Positions 37,400-44,870 of a stretch of DNA of 44,870 bases are shown here, in pieces. The position numbers and the translations under genes were made by a program. The DNA comes from Octopus sinensis. Its lineage: Eukaryota. A model generated the notes under the pieces. That model had not been told where the DNA came from. It did no database searches and saw only the letters and a program-made list of their open reading frames with translations. Every line of letters starts with the position of its first letter. Positions within the stretch are counted from its first letter, which is position 1. The stretch spans positions 1 to 44,870 of the forward strand of contig NW_021835861.1 in the NCBI RefSeq assembly GCF_006345805.1, in the 5' to 3' direction.

Positions 37400-37688
37400 G
37401 CGCCCTTTTCAAGCCTAGCCAGGCCCATGGGCCCGGTTTCCCGGTTTCTGTGGCGTATGTGTTCCCCCCAGCTGGACGGGACGTCAGGCCATCGCAACGT
37501 TACTCAAGAAACAGGAAGAGGGTGTGAGAGAAAGTTGGGGCGAAAGGGTACCACAGGGGTCGTCCCAGCCCCTGCCGGAGCCTCGTGGAGCTTTTAGGTG
37601 TTTTCGCTCAATAAACACACACAATGCCCAGTCTGGGAATCGAAACCGCGAGTCCGCTGCCCTAACCACTGGGCCATTGCACCTCCAC
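37400..37688 (-). mobile_element. SINE with family-D head and a different 3' part
   Basis: Minus strand ggaggtgcaatggcccagtggttagggcagcggactcgcggtttcgattcccagac matches 4079-4230, then diverges. Confidence 0.72.
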
Positions 37689-37821
37689 TTACAATCCCTT
37701 TGGGGTCGATAAAATAACTACCAGTAGACCTCTGGGGTCAATATAATGGACTACCACCACCAAAATTTGCTAGCTTTGGCCAATATTGGAAAAAGTCCCT
37801 TAAGCGGCGAGCTAGTATTTC

Positions 37822-38192
37822 GGATCTTTTCCTTTTGAACGTTTTGGTTTTGAGTTTTTGCTTTCGTTTTACCCTTTGGTTTTTTTTCTTAATTGTTATC
37901 CTTAAATTAATTTAACAATTAAGAAAAAAAAAGCAAAAAACGAAAGGCTAAAATTTAGGGTTAGTGACAGAATGTTGTCTCAGTTTTAGACACAGCAAAT
38001 GATTTTAGCTCAAAAGAGAGCATAGGATGGGTTAAGATTCAAAAAATTAAACTACGTTAAACTTACAAATTACAATTTTCTCAAGAAAGCCAAGAGAAAA
38101 AAATGTTTTATTTTGACACATTCTACCAGTATACAAAGTTTAAAAGTGTTTAGTTAACTAGAAATTGTCTGCCATTCAAAAGGAAAAGATCC
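37822..38192 (-). mobile_element. GGATC-ended MITE variant inserted in a SINE C relic
   Basis: TIR ggatcttttccttttgaa / ttcaaaaggaaaagatcc; flanks agtatttc / ggtatttt (decayed 8-bp TSD). Confidence 0.8.
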
Positions 38193-38709
38193 GGTATTTT
38201 TTCTGGCCCTTTTTAATGTTCTGGGTTCAAATTCCGCTGTAGTCAACTTTTGTTTCTCATCCTAAAATTAAGCACGACTTTGAGCACTGGGTGGTCGATA
38301 TAATCGCCTTGCTCCCTCCCCACCCTAAAATTTCTAGCCTTGTGCCCATAGTAGAAAGAACTGCTTTAGGTCGAAGCGTTGGGAATAAAATTTGGCTGAC
38401 GAAAACCGGGGGGGGGGGCTACCCCCTCCCCACCCTGGAAGGCTTGTTCTTGTTCTAGGATGGCAGACTTAATATGTTCTGTTGATCTCAACCACTATTT
38501 AGCTCTCTCCTGGATTAAGGCATGGCGTTTAAGGGCTGTAAGGTCTGGGGCTCCACCAGGGATATTAGGTGAAGCCATATTTCTTTTTATAAGCAGGGCT
38601 GGATTAAGACCCCTAGAGGTCCTTAGTACTTAAGATTTTTGTGCCCCCATTTATATGTAATTGAAAATTTGAAAAATAATTAGCCATAAAATAAATTTTC
38701 AAAATGATA

Positions 38710-38873
38710 CACCCACTCCACTCGCGGAGTGGTTGGCGTTAGGAAGGGCATCCAGCCGTAGAAACTCTGCCAGATCAGACTGGAGCCTGGAGCGGCCCCT
38801 GGCTTCCCAGACCCCGGTCGAACCGTCCAACCCGTGCTAGCGCGGAAAACGGACGTTAAACGATGATGATGAT
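38710..38873 (+). mobile_element. RTE family A extreme 3' end
   Basis: ggagtggttggcgttaggaagggcatccagccgtagaaac...gttaaacgatgatgat. Confidence 0.85.
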
Positions 38874-39134
38874 ACAAAACTATCAGTAAGAGGGAAAATA
38901 ATGTTTATTTTTGTATTATTCCCTGTCATTTATATTTGAGAGTCAAAACTATTGAAAAAGTTGCAAGACGCAATGAAAATTTTGGGAAAATAATAGAAAA
39001 TAAGTGGAAATTTTACTGGTGAGTGTGTTAAATTATACGGCGCAAAAAGAAAATGACTCTCCCCAGACACAATACAATATGCTTCAACACAGGAACTCAT
39101 ATAAAGAACTGGCAAACCAAATCCCAAAAACGAA

Positions 39135-39178
<44 letters not shown>

Positions 39179-39180
<2 letters not shown>

Positions 39181-39372
39181 TCTTTTACTTGTTTCAGTCA
39201 TTTGACTGCGGCCATGCTGGAGCACCACCTTTAATCGAGCAACTCGACCCCAGGACTTACTCTTTTGTAAGCCCAGTACTTATTCTATCGGTCTCTTTTG
39301 CCGAACCGCTAAGTAACGGGGACATAAACACACCAGCATCGGTTGTCAGGCAATGCTAGGGGACAAACACAT

Positions 39373-39405
<33 letters not shown>

Positions 39406-39568
39406 GACGGGCTTCTTTCAGTTTCCGTCTACCAAATCCACTCACAAGGCTTTGGTCGGCCCGAGGCTATAGTAGAAGACACTTGTCCAAGGTGCCACGC
39501 AGTGGGACTGAACCCGGAACCATGTGGTTGGTAGACAAGCTACTTACCACACAGCCATTCCTGCGCCT
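39179..39568 (-). mobile_element. SINE family B, near-consensus copy with CpGs retained
   Basis: Reverse complement of the consensus. Confidence 0.9.
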
Positions 39569-39590
39569 ATATATGTATATATACATATAC

Positions 39591-39826
39591 TGTTGTGTCT
39601 GGGGAGAGTCATTTTCTTTTTGTGCCTTACAATGTAACACACTCACCGATGAAATTTCCACTTTTTCTTATTTTTATTTTCCTAAAATTTCCGTTGCGTC
39701 TTGCAACCTTTTCAGTAGTCTTGACTATTTTACTGGTGAGTGTGTTACATAATAAGGCACAAAAAGAAAATGACTCCCCTCAGACTCAACAAAATATGCT
39801 TCAACACACGAACTCACACAAAGAAT
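39591..39826. repeat. Fold-back element with ~65-bp inverted arms; further copy at 38940-39110
   Basis: 39591-39655 vs 39727-39792 inverted; 38940-39110 is inverted relative to 39591-39725. Confidence 0.8.
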
Positions 39827-40932
39827 CTGTAGTAGAAGACACTTGTCCGAGGTGCCACGCAGTGGGAATGATCCCGGAACCATGTGGTCTCTAAGCAAGC
39901 TACTTACCACACAGCCACTCCTACGCCTTACGAAGGTCAGGGCTAGTTTAAGACCCATAGAGGCCCTAAACACTTATAAGACTTTGGTGCCCCCATATAT
40001 TTGTAATTCAAAATCTAAACAATAATAAAGCATAAAATATATTTTTATTTTCCACAATGAATTAAAAACTAACAGTAAAATAGAAAATAATGTTTATTTT
40101 TGTATAATTCCACTTTATTTATATTTAGAAAGTTTTCTCCTATTTTTTTTTTTTTAATCTGAAGGTCTTTGATCAAATCCTCCCTATGACACTATGAACA
40201 CTTTGAAATTATATTTCGAACCATGAAAACCACTTTGAATATTATTTTAGCAGATTTAAAGTGATTTCTTTTGTGCCATAAACCATTTACCATTTCTGTG
40301 GTGTCCCCTTTCCCCTGATGCCCCTGTCATGTGCTTATTTTGCTCAATCGTTAATCCAGCATTGTTTGTAAGTATTACTGTGAGTTAAAATTTCTCCGTA
40401 GCCTTGGGAGCCTGAAAAATCTTAATCTGGCATTAAGTGTGAGGCTTAATCTGTGTCACAGTTTATCACAATGACCACCTGCTCCTTAGTTATCTCTTAG
40501 CAAAGCTTGCTTACTTAATTGGTTGACTTAATTATTACTGGATTCTAAAAGGGCCCAATAAATCAAAAAAGGGCTCAATTTTTCAAGAACTCTGGATTAA
40601 ACAAGTTAAATTACAAATCAGTTAAGGGCTGTAAATATATTTTCTAATTTTTAACTCAAAACTAAACTTCTCCGAGTTAAAGGGATTCCCACTGTTCGGA
40701 GTGCCCCAAGCTTGAGAGCTCCTAGACCATAGCCCATACATAAATCTGGCCCTGATCATGAACCTGATAACCTAGCTCCAATGCTTACACAGGCTAGACT
40801 CTCAAAGGGCCTCGTGGGGATAAAACTGACGACTATTTCTGAAGTGAGTGCCCTTAAAAATATTCTAATGTGCTCAGGTGGAAATCCAGTAATACCTTAG
40901 GAATGAGAACCCAGGTTTGAAATTTCTCCAAG

Positions 40933-40976
40933 ACACCTGATGAAGGCTGGAGGGTATATCAGCCAAAATATTGTGT
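40933..40976 (+). ncRNA. Decayed minimal type-I hammerhead motif (Penelope-like LTR relic)
   Basis: ACAC CTGATGA A GGCTG GAGGGTATAT CAGCC AAAA TA TT GTGT; stems I and II intact, GAAACGTT apparently lost by CpG transitions. Confidence 0.55.
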
Positions 40977-41294
40977 TAACAACAAACAAGATGAGGACAA
41001 ATATCCGTCAAATGTAAATAATGTACATAATTCCTTATCTTTTAAATATAGAACTGCTGGAACGATATGTTTGTTTGTTTTAAATAACCACTGCGTCCCA
41101 TCCACTTCCAAGAGAAACTGTCTCACATATAAACGATTTTTGAAATTTGGCAAGAGGCCATGAATTCTTGATAGAAAAAAGTTCCAGTCAATAGTATTGA
41201 TCTCTGGTGATTTATTGATTCTTGGTAAAATGAAATGCTAAGTCGGTCCCCAACAGGGTTCAAATTCTGTGTATGTGTATCTTTTTTTCTTTTT

Positions 41295-41620
41295 TGTTTG
41301 TTATTAGACTGTGGCCATGCTGTGGCACTGCCTTATTTTTAAAGCCTGGTACATTTTCTATCAGTTTCTGTTGCTAAACCGCTAAATTAAGGGGATGTAA
41401 ACACACCAACACTGGTTGTCAAGTAGTAGTGGGACATATATATATATACATACACACACACACATATGCTATGGGCTTCTTTCAGTTTCCATCTACCAAA
41501 TCCACTCAAGACTTTAGTTGGCCCAAGGCTATGGAAAAAGACACTTGCCCAAGGTACCACATAGTGGGACTGAACCCAGAACCATGTGGCTAGTAAGCAA
41601 GCTTTTTACCACAGCCATGC
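41295..41620 (-). mobile_element. Older SINE family B copy
   Basis: Diverged reverse complement of the consensus. Confidence 0.8.
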
Positions 41621-41809
41621 CCTTAAAATTTTGGTATGAACACAAATTTTATCCTTTGTATAAATAATTTCTTAAGAAAAATTTGGCGAAAGGCCATAGA
41701 TTCTTGGGAGGAAAAAGGTTTTAGACAATATTATTGATCTGTGTTTGGCTGGTGATTTATTGATTTTTCTGTAAGATGAGAGGTTAAGTTAACCCCTGAC
41801 AGGATTCAA

Positions 41810-41913
41810 ATTATATATATGTGTGTGTATATATGAAACCTGTATGTATATTGTGTATGTGTATATTTGTGGATATATATGTGTGTATGTATATATATAT
41901 ATATATATGAACC

Positions 41914-41944
<31 letters not shown>

Positions 41945-42167
41945 GTATGTGTGTATATATGTGTGTGTATGTGTGTATATATGTGTGTGTATGTGTGTAT
42001 ATATGTGTGTATGTGTATATATATGTGTATATATGTGTGTGTATGTGTATATATATATATATATATGAACCTGTATATGTATATATGTATGTGTGTGTAT
42101 ATATACCTGTATGTGTGTATATATATATATATATATGAACCTGTGTGTATGTGTATATATGTATACA
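41810..42167. repeat. (TA)/(TG) compound microsatellite
   Basis: Directly visible. Confidence 0.95.
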
Positions 42168-42386
42168 TCTTAGTGTGCTTCTTCTGGATTTATGTATTTC
42201 TACAAATGAGATATATATATATATGTCACAGGCATGACTGTGTGGTAAGAAGCTTGTTTCCCAAGTACGTGGTTCTGGTTTCAGTCCCACCGTGTGTGAA
42301 ACTAGTTCAAATTTACAAAAGACAAAGACAGGTGAGGGAACGACAAGCAGGTGTATTAGTTTGACGCTCAGGAAGAATGATAAAGT

Positions 42387-42422
42387 CTTTAATGTTTCGA
42401 GCCTACGCTCCTCAACAGAAAG
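42387..42422 (-). ncRNA. Minimal type-I hammerhead-like motif, A6U core variant
   Basis: Minus strand: CTTT CTGTTGA G GAGC GTAG GCTC GAAA CA TT AAAG; same family as 24385-24422, with homologous flanks (acaaaagac...gcaggtg...gcgctcaggaa). Confidence 0.55.
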
Positions 42423-42780
42423 GGTTGAGAAAAAAACCCCAGAAAAATGTGTAGGGAATAACGGTTTGATAGTTCAATATGATGGAATGTGATGATATAT
42501 ATATATAATAATAATAATAATTTTGTGGGAATATTATTCCTAACTTACAGGGAAAAATTCAATTTAGAAATATTAAATCAAATTTCACAAAATATAATAT
42601 ATATATATATATATAAAAATTAGAAAAAAACCCCCACCTTTTATTAATTCAAAATGAACAATTAAATTGCATCATCTAGAAAATTACGTATAATAGAAAT
42701 ATTAAATATAAATTAACAATAATATACTGATGATTAAGTAAATTGCAAAATAATAAATAAAACATATATATTTGGTAGAA

Positions 42781-42881
42781 TAACGATACATGTTTCATGG
42801 CTATATTTAAATGATTATAGTAAAAAAATTAATAGTAGTAGTAATATCACTTCGATATAAATATAGCCACTCATCAGGTTA
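42781..42881 (-). ncRNA. Hammerhead-like motif with intact core and long stem II
   Basis: Minus strand: TAAC CTGATGA GTGGCTATATTTA [48 nt] TAAATATAGCCAT GAAA CATG TA TC GTTA; 13-bp stem II, palindromic ACATGT, 2-nt irregularity before stem I. Confidence 0.6.
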
Positions 42882-42927
42882 AAAATAAACTACAATAATA
42901 AAATAATTAATTAATAAAAATATATAG

Positions 42928-43198
42928 ATAAGAATTTTTTACGTAATGAGATAAAAAAAACCAAGACTGTATAGATATTAGAGCATTTATAAATAGGTCT
43001 TACAGCTGTTTCTAAGATTTTTATTAATAATATCCCTTCGTCGGAGAACTAACTATGACTTAACTTTCCTCTCACACCGTCTCTGATGAAGGGATATAAT
43101 TAATAAATATCCTAGAAACAGCTGTAAGACCTATCTATAAATGCCCTAATATCTATACAGCCTTGGTTTTTTATCTTATTACGCAAAAAAATTTTTAT
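42928..43198. repeat. Fold-back element with ~120-bp inverted arms and ~32-nt spacer, each arm carrying a hammerhead motif
   Basis: 42928-43047 is the reverse complement of 43080-43198 with scattered mismatches. Confidence 0.9.
43079..43130 (+). ncRNA. Minimal type-I hammerhead ribozyme (Penelope-like element type)
   Basis: GTCT CTGATGA A GGGATAT AATTAATAA ATATCCT A GAAA CAGCTG TA AGAC: canonical CUGAUGA/GAAA/GUA core, 4-bp stem I, 7-bp stem II, palindromic stem III. Confidence 0.75.
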
Positions 43199-43320
43199 AT
43201 ACACATGCAGACATAGAGCCAACGTTGAACCCTTTATTCAAAATATTACCGAATCTGGAACTTAAGTATAGCACTTATTCAGCATTACATGACACCTTTG
43301 GGTCTCAGTGACACCATTAC

Positions 43321-43377
<57 letters not shown>

Positions 43378-43635
43378 GTAGTATGTATGTGATTTTATAG
43401 ATTAGAGACAGGTATTCTCTGTAGAGAATACACTCTCTCCCTCTCTCTCTCTCTCTGTCTGTCGAGAGAGAAAGAGTGTCTGTGTGCCTGTGTACAAACA
43501 GTTACCTAACACCGCTTGAAAACCAATATTGGTTTGTTTACTTCCCCCGCATCTAGTGGTTCGCCAAAAGAGAATAGAATAAGTACTAGGCTTTAAAAAA
43601 ATAAGTCCTGGGGTCGTTTTGTTTGACTAAAACCT

Positions 43636-44046
43636 GGATCTTTTCAGTTTGACTGGCAGTTTTTAACATAATTTCTAGGTAACTAAACACTTTTAAACTT
43701 CGTATACTGATAGAATGTGTTTATAAAACATCTTTTCTCTTGGCTTTATTGAGAAAATTCTATTGTTTGTAAGATATTTGTTGTTTTTGTTCTTCAATTT
43801 CTGCAATTTCAACCAACCAATCAATGACGTCTATTGAGGTGAAAAACATTCTATGCCATATGAATATGTCCCTCGTTTAAGAAACCGATTGGGTTTATTT
43901 ACATTTGTGAAGAAAAAAAGATACCCTTCCTCCACCCCTAACCCTAAAACAGATTGAAATGCAATAGATTGATTCTAGGGTCATAATTATGGGTGACAAT
44001 TTCATGACACCGCTAGAAAAAACGGCCGTTCAAACCGAAAAGATCC
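43636..44046 (+). mobile_element. GGATC-ended MITE with perfect 8-bp TSD, nested in a SINE B tail
   Basis: TAAAACCT|ggatcttttcagtttga...ttcaaaccgaaaagatcc|TAAAACCT; host SINE sequence is continuous across the insertion. Confidence 0.9.
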
Positions 44047-44557
44047 TAAAACCTTTCGAGGTGGTGCCCCAGCATGGCTGCCATCCAGTGAAGTAAACAA
44101 ATTGGAGACCTTGCATCCGTATGCATGTCTCCTTCCACCGCTTGACAACCGGTGTTCGTTTGTTTACGTCACGTAACTTAGCGATTCTAAGTATCAGACT
44201 CGTATATATATATTTTTTAAATGAAAATTTGCTGAGATTTTTCAAAGGTGTTGATGAAATGCAGGTGAAAAAATTTAATTAAAAAAAACCACCCACGTGG
44301 GTCATTTTTTAAACCCTCGTCACCACCGGTAAATGCTGGCAGATGTTGAGGGAATGAAATTAATAGACATTAATTTCGAGACTTCTGCGCGTGTATGTGT
44401 GTGTGTATAAATTGATTCATACGTAATACACACACCCACACACGTTCATTCATACGTAACATACATATATAGCACGAATATTACGTAATATATGTGTATG
44501 TGTGTATATATATATATTTGCATACACGCATTCATACGCAATGTGTATGTGTGTATG

Positions 44558-44593
<36 letters not shown>

Positions 44594-44870
44594 TACGTGA
44601 TACATGCGCACACATACTAATGTACACACGTGTGCATGGATGTATGTGTGTATATATAATATATATATATATTAATTAAGGGTTTAGCAACAAGTTGTTC
44701 ACCACATACCGAAAATTTAGAAATAGCAGCCAAAGACAACTTATTCCTTTTTACTACAGATATTACTCCACAGCTGTGTGTGTGTGTTATATATATAATA
44801 TAATATATATATATATATATAATATACTCTTTATTTAAAAGCAGCAGAAATTCAACAAATTTGTTGAAAT

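Larger units (their letters stand above)
38594..40364 (+). mobile_element. hAT-type non-autonomous element carrying nested insertions
   Basis: TIR CAGGGCTGGATTAA / TTAATCCAGCATTG; 8-bp flanks tttataag / tttgtaag; second left end at 39938. Confidence 0.65.

Noticed and set aside
43038-43044. CCGACGA core as an ADAR-edited retrocopy (A-to-G on plus)
   Set aside because: Only two sites, other arm differences go in the G-to-A direction, and CCGA also occurs at 26865-26868, so a family variant plus CpG decay explains it equally well.

Overview
Eukaryotic, AT-rich, repeat-saturated non-coding DNA. The SINE/LINE families and the extreme microsatellite load resemble an Octopus (coleoid cephalopod) genome, an assignment made from recall and not searched. 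I see no intact host protein-coding gene; almost all ORFs in the track are translations of microsatellites or SINEs. Real content: (1) a full-length, frameshifted mariner transposon (4387-5674) with 39-bp TIRs and a TA target; (2) many copies of at least three tRNA-derived SINE families; (3) several RTE-clade LINE relics, one family carrying a long 3' UTR with an internal ~65-bp minisatellite and a (GAT)n tail; (4) non-autonomous DNA elements: a GGATC-ended MITE with 8-bp TSD and internal (TAACCC)n, a piggyBac-type MITE, a hAT-type composite and Helitron-like elements; (5) a ~4.4-kb polypyrimidine block and a diverged ~160-bp satellite. The most notable hidden signal is a set of minimal type-I hammerhead-ribozyme motifs of the Penelope-like-element kind. 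Five lie between 40.9 and 43.2 kb, several sit inside fold-back elements, and one A6U core variant recurs in two copies. Also notable are an ~800-bp MITE inverted dimer and a duplicated candidate micro-exon.
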